Source: Azolla caroliniana
Lineage: Eukaryota; Plantae; Polypodiophyta
Assembly: GCA_043228905.1 (NCBI GenBank)
Contig: JBHGNT010000014.1
Location: 17,670,001 to 17,734,000, forward strand
DNA: 64,000 bases
Reading direction: 5' to 3'
Part shown: positions 37,346 to 49,100 of the stretch, one piece after another
How positions within the stretch are numbered: the stretch's first letter is position 1
Layout of the letters: each line of letters opens with the position of its first letter
Position numbers and translations under genes: made by a program
Notes under the pieces: model-generated
Databases searched by the model: none
What the model saw: the letters and a program-made list of their open reading frames with translations, nothing else
Told to the model about the DNA's origin: nothing

Positions 37346-39943
37346 GCTTAACCAACAAATTAAAGTGAAACCAAATGATTGTTCTACAAACACAAATGGT
37401 GAATACATTACAAACAATGACGTACATTTTCTCTAATACAACAAACATTTCATTAGTTCTCGAATAAATCAATTAGCTCTTTAAAATTTAGAGTTTAATA
37501 TAAGCATTTCAAACTTGACATCTCAAAACAGTAGAATGTCTCGATGTTACAAAAACCAAACAAAGACATGTTTCATTGTGTGCACCATGATGTGTGATCG
37601 GGGATTTTTTGGAACCAAGATAATAGACATGTGCAAAAGAGATAGGGACTTATTAGAATAGAAGAACATCCCTCAAAAAGACATTACAACTAGGTATCAA
37701 CAAGTCTTTCTTGAAAAAGCCGATGAATTATTGTGAAGAATGGTCAAGAACACAATTTGGGTGATTAAATTCCTAAACATCAAAGCAATCTAATGTGAAA
37801 ACTAAAGGCCCATGTAAATTGATAATAGGGGTTATTTGAATTAATGACTCTTTTGAGTTCATTGCGTGGTATGACATAGCCTCTCTTTCTAATTGTTATC
37901 AATTATAAAGAAGCTCTTTGTAGACATAAGGGGTAATAATATCTTATAATGTTTGAGTAATTCTCGAGATACTGTAGTTGATGTAATGGACAATCCAAGA
38001 TTCTTGACAGACAACATATTCTTGGAAATGCTAATTTATTGTCACGTGTCATATATAACTTTGTGATGGATAGAGCGTAGAAAAGAAAGTAACAAAGGGC
38101 GTTCATTCAAATGTAAATGCAATCTTTATTTCATGAAGTCCGTGATCTTGTTGTAATATAGAGTTTAGTGAGATGTCGAAACATTGGCGGGTATTCCAAG
38201 ATGAATGACAAAAATTGATGGACAAAAATTAGTTGTATTATAATGTGATATGATTATCATGCAATAGTGCTAGGACTACTTCGTCTATTTGTTTACATAC
38301 TATAATCGTAAAATGGTTGGCTTGAATGCCAATTTTCCACGTGAATGGTCAAACGTGCATCCAAAATATACAAGAGATTACATCTAGAAAACCTTTTGAG
38401 CCATTGTGCGCAAGGAGAAACGTAATGAAGTCATTGGTTTGAAAATATTTCTTTCCATTATAGTTGTTCCCAATAACCACATATGTTGGAAGATCCATGT
38501 CACACGTGTTCATTTACGACTTCATTTGGTATCAAACTACTAAGCTTCTACAATATTTCAATGGCATCCAAAGACATTAAATTATAAAATATGTTCATAA
38601 TAGAGTCCATAAATCGGTACTATGACAATGTATCATATGTCTAAAGCAAAGGATGTCTTTTTAGTGAACTGTTGCGGGGGGAGGTTTTTTTCGTGCCGCC
38701 CCCCCCTTGTTTCATGCTTATCACAAAGTCAATGTCATAGTTGGTCAAAGTTGCCCTCCAAAATGTACTCTTCTTGCAATGATGGATACAACTCCATCAA
38801 AACTTACCATTCTAAAAACATTTAAAAACAAAAATTAGTGGACAGTTCCATTGACATAAAAGTTGACTCATCCATAAACGGAGAATCATATCAAGAGACA
38901 ACAAAAACTGGTATGCCTCAATTATTTCAATCTTGTAATGCAATAGCAAATTAGCTTTGGTGTGTGTATTAACACCATTCCATGAGCACAAATATAAGCA
39001 TATTGCCTTTACTGCTCCGCATAATTACACGAGTATAAGATCACACAAAGGTAAATGCATCTTAAGAAAAGCATGTCTTTTCTATGTAATTATTTGCCCC
39101 GTGACACACCTACACTAGACGTGGAGCAAGCTAATGTGTCATGAACGTGGTGACATAAAGCATCACATTATGAGAAGAAGCAACAAGGACACAAATAATA
39201 ACATAAGGTGCAAAAAAGTGTCGACATATTTCTATGTCAACATTTTTGGCAATAGCAAAAAGGGCTTTAAAAGGCCATAAGGAACATGTAGTTAGGTGGT
39301 CCATATTGAAGTTCAAAAGTCATGTATGCTTATTTCCTCGAAGTTTCCTGTGTTGCCCTAGGCATAAATGTTCAATATAGAATCTCGAAGTGATTTCATG
39401 TGGACCAAACAATGGACACTAATGTGTTTATGTTTTGTAGTTGGACGAAGATATTCTCAATATCTATAACAGTGACCTAGATCGATGGAAAGGTCTTATC
39501 ATTAAAAGACCAATACACATCAGAGAGGCACACAAGATAAGGACACAATGTTGGGGCAACTTTTGCTCCGTCTCTAGAAGACATTGACATAAAGAAGTTC
39601 GAGATGCCGGCTATGCGGCGCGTCCCTCGCAAGTAATTTAACATGTATATCTCCATAATCATTCGATTATAAGTTCCCTTGTCACCAACGTTGTGAAATA
39701 CGATGGATCTAGCAAGGCATCAATCGTTTGTTCTCTTTTCTTTTGTTATTTTTTTGTCCGCTTTTTATAGTGTCAAGTTGACAACCTTTATCACACTTGT
39801 GGTTGGAAAGGAGGGTGGGTTATCCAACACAACCCCCACACTAGGAAATTGTATACCGAAATGTCGACGAGAGGGTTTTGACGAAGAATGGGAGGAAGGG
39901 CGAGAGTCAAGATAGATAGATAGATATATATAGGTCAATTCAT

Positions 39944-40212
39944 TGATCAATGGCTACATAACGGATTCGATAGATAGATCTATGTAGAGATAAATCGATC
40001 GATCAACGGGTACATAACGGATTCTATAGCTAGATCTATATAAAGATAGATGTATCGATAGATGGATTGATGGATGGATGGATTGATCAATGGGTACGTA
40101 GCGGATTCGATAGATAGATAGATAGATCGGTCAATTGATCGATGGGTACGTAGCGGATTCAATAGATAGATCGATTGATTGATCAAATGGGTAAGTCGTG
40201 GATTTGATATAG
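39944..40212. repeat. Minisatellite: five copies of a ~25-bp core separated by GATA/GATC spacers
   Basis: Core GATCAATGGGTAC(G/A)TA(G/A)CGGATTC recurs about five times. Confidence 0.8.
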
Positions 40213-40751
40213 ATGCCAATATACTTGAGGAGTGAGTGAGTGACAAAGTGGTGGGGTCTCATATGTCAAGTGAAGAGGAAGCTTCTCTCCTCCTTCATAT
40301 TATATCCCTTTGGGCACTCTCACTCACACACATAAATACACATACATACATACATACATAACATATATGCATACATACATGCATACATACATATCTATCT
40401 GTGTGTAGGTATGGATCCTTCATTTGAGGTTTCCACATACATACCATATCTTCTTCCCCTGTGGCTGTGGAACAACACCTTACCCTAGTTTGGGCTGAGA
40501 GGGAGAAATGAGAAAGAAGTGAACCCTATATTAAACCCTAATTGTGGAAATAGCAAGACAAAGGTGAGATTTGGATAACTTTTGGTGACCCTACACTTAT
40601 TTCATTAACACCCTAAACACTAATGCTAACTCTTAACTCTACATACTTTCAAGTCCTTATCTCTACCCCTAACCCTAATTCCTAATTCTGAAGAGAAAGA
40701 GTGATCTAAATCACGTTTTGCAACATCTTTTTAACCCTTAACCCTAATTGC

Positions 40752-40787
<36 letters not shown>

Positions 40788-40810
40788 TTCAACACTATCC
40801 AGACACAGCC

Positions 40811-41908
40811 ATGTTTTCTTCAATAAGCCCAGATGGTATCAGAAGGAGAGGTTTCTTCCGAAGAATCTCCATCTTAAGTAGATTGCCATCTCTTGAAGGC
40901 GGAATCCCGAATAATGGTGATACTCTCGATAATTCTAGAATCATCGCGCTCCTCTCGGGCCGGGCTCTTCTCGGGGATGTCGATCATGATAACGGAGACA
41001 TTGCGAGGTACAGAGATTTCTTGCATGGATCGGGTTTGGATGCATTCCTTGAGCATGTCAATGGAACGGCGGTCTCAAGCAGGGGATCGGCCCCGGCTTC
41101 AAGATCTGCCATCGAAGCCATGCCAGTATTCAAGTTCGGAAAACAGGATTTAAGCAAGGGTAAGGCTCATTGCAATTGTGATTGTGATTGCGATCGCGAC
41201 CACAATTACCATGATCATGATGATGGTGATGGTGATGATGATGATGATGATGATATGCATTGTGCTGTTTGCAAAGAAGCATTCGAGATCGATAACCAAG
41301 TCAGTAAGATGCCGTGCGGGCATATGTATCATTCCGAATGCATTTTGCCATGGCTAGCTCTACATAGCACATGCCCCATATGTAGGCGAGAAATGCCCTC
41401 GCAATCCGAATCCGAATCCGAATCCGAATCGGAGCATCATAATCATAATCATCTGGCGAGCCGCGAGATTACGGACATAACCGACATACAAGGGCAGCCA
41501 TATCCCAGAAGAAGCAGGCAGAGGCGGCGGTGGAGAAGAGGAGAGGATCAGATCGGGGTTGGGGTTGCCATTGTCGGGGACCTAGGGTTCGGCATCCATG
41601 TCCATTCTGTCACTCTCTGGGGTATGGACAATAATGGGCCTCAAGCAAATCGGATTCAACCCGAGAACCATAATGCTAATGCCGAGGCACATGCGGATCG
41701 CATCGGTCCTCCTCCGGACATTGTATCCTCATTGTCCTCGACCCCAGCCAATCCCGTCGAAAGACCGCAAATCTCGTTCCCCGCCTCGGCCGGCGTAAGC
41801 CCTCTCGAAAGGATTGGGACGAGGACGAGGACGAGGAGGCCGAGAGGAAATAAGCTCTGGAATTGGGTCCCAATGTTTGGGATTCAATGTTGTATATCTA
41901 TGTCTTAA
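40811..41908 (+). CDS. RING-H2 E3 ubiquitin ligase (RNF126/RDUF-like), 365 aa, intronless
   Basis: PASRSAIEAMP followed by CAVCKEAF...MPCGHMYHSECILPWLALHSTCPICRREMP. First in-frame ATG at 40811; the ORF track starts at an upstream TTG next to an (AG)n run. Confidence 0.9.
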   Translation: MFSSISPDGIRRRGFFRRISILSRLPSLEGGIPNNGDTLDNSRIIALLSGRALLGDVDHDNGDIARYRDFLHGSGLDAFLEHVNGTAVSSRGSAPASRSAIEAMPVFKFGKQDLSKGKAHCNCDCDCDRDHNYHDHDDGDGDDDDDDDMHCAVCKEAFEIDNQVSKMPCGHMYHSECILPWLALHSTCPICRREMPSQSESESESESEHHNHNHLASREITDITDIQGQPYPRRSRQRRRWRRGEDQIGVGVAIVGDLGFGIHVHSVTLWGMDNNGPQANRIQPENHNANAEAHADRIGPPPDIVSSLSSTPANPVERPQISFPASAGVSPLERIGTRTRTRRPRGNKLWNWVPMFGIQCCISMS

Positions 41909-41982
41909 AACGAGATCATCTTCTACATTTTCTTTAAATTTCACAAAGTGTGTGTTTGTTGTCTCGGATTGTAATGAGGAAT

Positions 41983-42139
41983 TGGGTTCATGGGTTCCGA
42001 GTTAAGTATATTGGTTCAATGGGTTCTGAGTAACTATATTGGTTCATCAGTTCCTAGTCAGTATATTGGTTCATCGGTTCCGAGTCAGTATATTGGTTCA
42101 TCGGTTCCGAGTCAGTATATTGGTTCGATGGGTTCCGAG
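41983..42139. repeat. 27-28-bp tandem repeat (5-6 units) just 3' of the RING gene
   Basis: Unit AGTATATTGGTTCATCGGTTCCGAGTC. Confidence 0.9.
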
Positions 42140-43623
42140 AGACGATAGATATGAGGGAAGGAATGTGGTGAAGTTTGTCCGTAATCGAACTTGGAACCCT
42201 TTTTTGCACCACTCCACTTGCTATCACGATTCACTACGGGTAACTTCGGGTAACGGTTGTATTTGTAGGTAACTTCTCCAACAATGATAAGTATGGAAAA
42301 GCACATATTAACCTAACAAGAACAAAGATGAACAACATTGCACGAAAATAGAACTAGAAGAGTGATAGTTATAAATGTAAGTCAGTATTTCTCCTACAAT
42401 GATACGTATGTGAAACGCGTTAGCTTGTCATGGACAATAAAGATGAAGCTAAGCCCCACCGATACCTCATTTGTTTTACATTGACATAGTTAGGCACATA
42501 GTTAATCGCTTTACATTTTGATAGCATCTATTGACAATCGTCTACCCTTCACAAACCTCATTTGCGGCATGGTTTGTTACATAGTTAAATTTCTTTGCAT
42601 ATTGATAGCATCAATTGACAATCCTCCACTCTTGCGATATTGTATACATTATTGCAAGGAATCTTATAAAGATTCTTCATCAACTCATACTAAATGAAAA
42701 TGCGTTGGGAGTTGAAAGAAGTGAAGTAATATGTGGATAGTTGGTGGTCAACGACACGATTATTCTATGTGAAATGTTATGCTAAGCATTTGTGTCGTGA
42801 AAACTTTTAAGATGTTATTCCTTAAAATGAATTATTCAATTATTTCTCAAAACGAGTTAAGTATGCTACTAATTTACTACACATTGCCTATTGTCGCATC
42901 CCAAACTCATGTGCGCATACTAGCACCTCGCTAAGAGGAGAGCATGTGTGTGATCAAGATTTGTGAGTGCTTTGAATTGGTTTACTGAGTACTCTCTCCG
43001 TTCCACTTCTCTTCAACATTGTTTGACTTCTAACCATATGTGTCCTTAAGCTTGAAAAGACATATAGGAGATGTGTGCGTATACACAAGATCCAAAAAGG
43101 GGGAAACCCAAAAATCGTGGTGACTTGTCTAGCATTTATCTCCATCAAACAAAGTTAGAGAAGTTTCCTATGCTAAACATTTCAATGAATTGCAATGGGA
43201 AGCATCAAAGGTTTGGATTGCGACTCAAGAACAATAGCACATTGAAGTTGAGGCATCGCACCGGGCTGTGTAGATGGGTGGGTCAATGTGACCAATCTTA
43301 TCTTTTAGCGTCTTACCTCTATTTAACCTTTGTTAATTTTGAATTCTCAAACAAGCGAACAATCCGGAACGCATATATCACTTTATAGATATGGTAATAC
43401 AACACTGTTAATACACTACTTATCTCTATCACATAGTGTCAAACTGATGTCTCTTCAATTCCCTAGGTATGACGAAATAGGGAAATATGCATGGCTTTTT
43501 TTTAATCCACCACCTAATCTGAATGTGTATTCCACCTAACATGAATGTGTAATTAAAAGCACACAACTTGAACAAAATGTGTAGTATAGCCTTAAGAATA
43601 TGAACGCCCAGAAATGCCTTAGA

Positions 43624-43773
43624 AAATAAGACTACAAAATGCTATAAATTGTTCTTGTTTCCTTACTTTTGCTTTTCAAGCTAAGGATAGGAAACATCAA
43701 ATAAGACTACAAAATGTTATAAATTGTTCTTGTTTCCTTACTTTTGCTTTTCAAGCTAGGGATAGGAAACATC
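43624..43773. repeat. Near-perfect 75-bp tandem duplication
   Basis: AAATAAGACTACAAAATG...GGATAGGAAACATC occurs twice with two substitutions. Confidence 0.95.
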
Positions 43774-44297
43774 TCTCTGAACTGAACGTCATCGCAAAAG
43801 CAAAGCAAAGCATAGTATGGTGGCTTCAACAAACCTTAATGGTGGTGCCTAGGATGACCCCCAACTTGAAATGCAGATGTCTTCATTGGTTACGAACGAA
43901 TTACACCTTATTAAAATAGAGATGGTCATCAAGAAGAGGCCAAGTGTGAAATGAATAGGTAGGTAAGTTTGCTTTGATGTTTGTAATTTGTTCTTGGTAG
44001 AATGGAGGTGTGTAATAGCAACCCCATTTCCCAATGCAAACAAACTAAGGTGAAAGAGGGAAAGCAACCAAGCATTTCTCTTATCAAATAATAGCCTTTT
44101 ATCTCATATCATAGTACACAAAACACATGGATTCTATACCAAGGGAAATGAGTCCAAAAAATCATTTGGTATACTTTACTACCCACTTGGTTTTCTAATG
44201 ATTTTTGGACCCCTCTTCTTTCTAATGATTTTGTATCTTCTCTTTGTGTCTTGGGTTTTAGGGTTTTGGCATGTTTTACAAGTGATTTACGCCGACC

Positions 44298-46115
44298 CTA
44301 GTTTCTAGTTTTCATTATAGTGATGCTACCCTGGCCTTCGGTGTGGATCCTTGTTATCGCGAGGACATACTTTCCATAGAAGGGTGAAGGGGAGTTAGTG
44401 TAGGCTTTGGTCGCCCCGATTACATGTGGAGTATTGGATGATGAGGCCATATGAATCCTTTGGTTTATGTCTTTCAATGTTATATCCCCTTGGATACCAC
44501 ATGGCTTCAATACCGCAAACGGGAAAACTACAGGTTTTCGGACTCGTTTCGCCGCCCGATACTCCTTTGAATCATCACTTGGCAGCATCGATGATCGCTT
44601 TCCTAGGGCAGATTCACAAAAAAACTGTCAGCTCGAAGTTTAATTTGCTATAAACCAAGATTTAAGGACACATTATTGTAACATCTCTAAAACTACGAGA
44701 TTGGCAAGAAAATCTGGTGAAAAACTGGTAGTTCTTCCCTGGTATTATTGTGTTCAATGTTATGAGCTTATGTGGGGCAAATCTTAAAATTGATGGTTGC
44801 TAAGGTTTGGTGTTGAAGCAAAAGCCTTACTAAAAGATCATATCAATGGTCAAGAAAGTCGTAGCATAATTATGTCTAAAACTTCTTGTTTGTGTGTGTA
44901 TATTATATGGAATTGGGATCTAAATCCTTGGGAGTAGAATTTACTTCTTACTTTTAACACCACGTCCTCGTGACGTAGTCACCATTGTCATCATCATGAA
45001 CATAGAATCATCGATGTTATCGGAATCTTCTAACACCGATCCACTTTCTTGGCTCGATCTTCTCGTCAAGTTTGATGGATATTGTTGTGCAATTGAAGAT
45101 GAGGTTTCCTCTATGAAATGTGGTATCAACATAAAGAAAAGAATTACAAGAGGATTCAGAACATTAGCAATTGGTAGCAGGGGCAAAAATTTGTGTGTAA
45201 ATCAGTGGGTTCTAGTTTGTATGTAGATACCAACCATTAATATTGGATAAACTTGAGGAGCTTAAGGGATCCTCATCAGAAGCATTCATAGTTAATGAGC
45301 CACTGCAAATCTGGCAATCAAAACCTTTTGTGTCATAATATTACACAGCATGATCTCATCACACACCAATATGACCTCTCTTTAATATGTAAAACACAGA
45401 TGCATATATGGTGTATATGTATATGTATATATTTATATGTATATATATGTGTATATATGTATATGTGTATGTGTATGTATGTTTGCATGTGTATATATGT
45501 ATATATTTATATGTATATATGTGTGTATATATGTATATGTGTATGTGTATGTATGTTTGCATGTGTATATATGTATATGTATATGTGTATATGTGTATAT
45601 GTGTATGTGTATGTATGTTTGCATGTGCTTGTCTGAAAGATAGAGGAGGAGATGAATTGATACCTCACCATTAGAATGACAGAAAAGGCTCCTAGCCATC
45701 AGACCATCTCTAATAGTATCATGGTTATCATTGTTAACATTTTGATCAAAATCATCCCATATGGATTGAGATAACACTGCAAAACAAAACAAAAAAGAAA
45801 GCATAATAAGAGCAGCAGGAAAAAGAGATGTCAAGGTAAGACATTATGACTATATTTGGGGATCCATTAAAGGAATTAGCTAGAAGAAGTGGAGTAATTG
45901 AGAGAGTTTTTTGGGGGGGGCATTTAATTACCAGGAAGCAGGGGCTCCAAATCAGGAAGCTTATCAAGTCCTTGATGTTCATCAAGCCATCCAACATCAT
46001 CAGCAACATCCTGGAAACACCATGATGTAGGCACAACAATATTGTCTTCTAGAGAACCATGATCAACAACACCTTTTGGCAACATATAATCCATATGATG
46101 CATGTGGTAGGCCAT
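44298..46115 (-). CDS. XRI1: XRI1-like (X-ray induced transcript 1 family) protein, about 278 aa; exons 46115-45932, 45776-45664, 45310-45235, 45110-44952, 44602-44298
   Basis: C-terminal family signature PVVFPFAVLKPCGIQGDITLKDINQRI...SPFYGKYVLAITRIHTEGQGSITIMKTRN. Upstream exons join GT-AG in frame (837 nt total); the middle exons are less certain. Confidence 0.8.
45404..45630. repeat. Compound (TA/TG) microsatellite with ~60-70-nt higher-order repeat in XRI1 intron 2
   Basis: GTATGTATGTTTGCATGTG recurs three times within TA/TG runs. Confidence 0.85.
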
Positions 46116-49100
46116 TGAAGAATACTAGGTAGTAGTGATGATGGGTAGGTGGGTTGTGAAACCCAAACAACAGAAACTGAAGGGATTGCAATGGGAACAT
46201 ATATATATATACATGTGTATATGTATATGTATATGTATACAGTACATGTATATGTATGTATATGTATGTATGTATGTATGTATATATATGTGTACATACA
46301 GATACACATATATATACATGCATGCATATACATATGCATCCTCACTAAGGAGAAGGACGAAAAACAGAGTAAAAAAATTGATGAGAGAGTGAGAGAGAGA
46401 GTAAGTACTAAGGACATGGTTTCTTTTTTCAAGTGTAGTTCATATTACAAAGACAAGCGAAAAAGCAAAAAAGCAAAAAACTCGAGCTTCGAACGCTACT
46501 ATTGCGGCTAGACGGATTTTGTCCTCTTTGTTAATACTTCCAGTTGCCGCCAAGTTTGAAGAACCGGTCGATGTTTTTACCCCCCCCCCCCCCCCCGTGT
46601 CGGAGTAACTTTCGTCTTTTACTAATCACTTTTAGACTCGTGCTACGATAACGAAACGGTTCAAAAATACCACATTTGTGTGAGGATTTTTTGATGATTT
46701 TTCTTCTTAATGTACTTATGGATTTCGATAAGCTTATTTCCGGCAATGAGATCAGAATTCCTATCGGCATTCGATTGAAATCGAGGGGGCACATTTTCCT
46801 TGAACATTGGGTCACAAACTTGTCGCACATGCATCGTGTGTGTCTGTAATTAGTTTCTTTATGGTTCTCTCTTGTCGCACTTTAATGTTAGCTAACTTGA
46901 GTGATGGTGAGATATAATCATCTATTTATTTTTGGACATGTCCTCTAGAAAATTGATACATTTTCATTGGGTTCACCATGTTCCAAGGTAAACAATTAAT
47001 CTCATCACCCATAAGGTTAACATATCCAAAGAATTACTCCATAATTAAGGTAAAACTAATAAGTTAATGTAGCATCATAATACTGACAAGTATGCTTTTA
47101 ATGGCATAATCTCCGATTAGCGCAAAACACCGTCAACTGACACCCTTGTTCTACTTATGGTTGTCACAACTCAAGTGCATTATGGTTGCATGATTGTCCT
47201 TTGACCTTATAACATAAATAGATATGCACTTCGCATCAACATCACGATTCACAACACCAAACCTTGCATCTCTAATGAAAAACAAGTTTAGTACATGTAA
47301 TTGAGAGTAGGTAGTGCCTTCCATAGTTAATCATGTGGTCGAATTTAACCTACATGTAGAAAAAGATGATCATTGATTGGTTGGGAGAAATATAAAGGAT
47401 GTGTCACATTTTAATTGATTAAACAAAATGAAATTTAAGAATATGGAAGTGTTCATCCAACATTTATACATTAACCACTCAAGTGTCAGACTCACCACCA
47501 TGCATATACACCCCCCTGAAATGTGCTTTTCCATCATTTTAGTTGTTTATCCATGCAACATCGAGATTTCACCTTTGACGAAGCTTCAGAGATTGCACAT
47601 TTAATTATTTTGGATTGTAGATCAATTAGTTTGTCCATTTTTTATGGTGAATGTAAATGAACTCCAACAAATTGGGTAGAAGGTAAGCTCAAACATGCTA
47701 TTGTAAACCTAGCAAATGAATTCAAAAACCAAACACATATGTTTGATAATATGGAATTGGATGTACATTGCACAATAACGAGGATTTACCTTAAGACTTT
47801 ACTAGGAGATAGGCCCTTTTTGGTGATAGGTTTGTTTCATCCATACTCAAGAGGTAGGTTGCTATGAGAATAAACTTTTACAAGAGCTTGATAGCAAATT
47901 GGGCCTTCATTGTTTGATGTCTATGACTCATGTATTGTAATGGCGATTGCCACTTTGCAAAACACTACTATGTGTGTGTAAAATTCCACAGAAAAAGAAC
48001 GAGGTTTAATTTGCTTGCTTAAACGTTTATACATGAAATACATACAATTTTACCTTATTTGAGGTGAATAAAGCGTCAATAATGATCCTCAATGTCCTAC
48101 TTGTGAGGTCCCTTTTCTACAAGCCAACAAATACATTCAAGCACTTTTAATATCATATTATTCAAGAAAGTTGTTGGTTAGGCTAGTGAATTTGTTAATA
48201 GAATTGTACACGTTTGCTATTTTTGTGGAAATATTAGGAAATTATGGTGGCATTCACATCCCTACATTTGTTAAGTATTTGTAAAGGTAGTTTAGTAAAT
48301 TTGTGAATGATGACACATAACATGTATTCTCCAACCACAATAATTGGATATCACATCTTGAAGTTTAATCCATTGCATGCTTTGCTTGTGACTCATGACC
48401 ATTTGCATCTTAGAGTTTTCCATGAAATAGTCTAGATTGTCCTTTCATCCTTGCTATCATGGGCAAACATCCACATCCCTTATATGTGCCTAGATATAAT
48501 ATTGTGATCCCTTTGATGAGTGTTTAATAGTCTATTAGTTCCTTGTGACTTACTGCATGCATTTCTTTTCAACTTGTCATTCCTAGTGAGTACATGGGCG
48601 AATGTCGTGACACCTACGGGAAATATTTTCTTTTCCTTGAAGTAACTCATGAATACGCCTCACGTTTGGAAGTGCCATTATTGTCCACATGCATGTAGAA
48701 TTGATAGTAAGGAGTGGTAAAAAATTGGATTCAAGTGACGTTCACATGGAACTATTGTGTGACAATCGTGAATTTTTGATAAAGCAAGACTTATGATTAA
48801 AGAAAGTGAGATGGTTGTTAATCTATTTTGACATTGAATTCACTTCCATAATATTATTTTCATTTCCTATAATTTTATGTTTTATACTAGGAAAACTGGG
48901 AACATGTGTGGGGATGAAAGTATTCTATGCTTGAATTTTTAGCATGCACCTTATAGGTATAGCAAAAATAGCTCCTTGACATATTTGAATTTTATCCAAA
49001 GACAACGTATTACATTGTATCCTAGACAGAAACAAGATTTAATGTACCCTAGATGAGATGTAAAACGATACGTTTCTTGATTTTCCTCACAATGTATGTT

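Noticed and set aside
38665-38710. GC-rich hairpin as a Helitron 3' end or terminator
   Set aside because: A CTAA lies about 10 nt away on the minus strand but is not followed by T, and no 5' TC end or other copy is visible.
39944-40212. CRISPR-like repeat-spacer array
   Set aside because: Eukaryotic context, degenerate repeats, low-complexity spacers of variable length, no cas genes.
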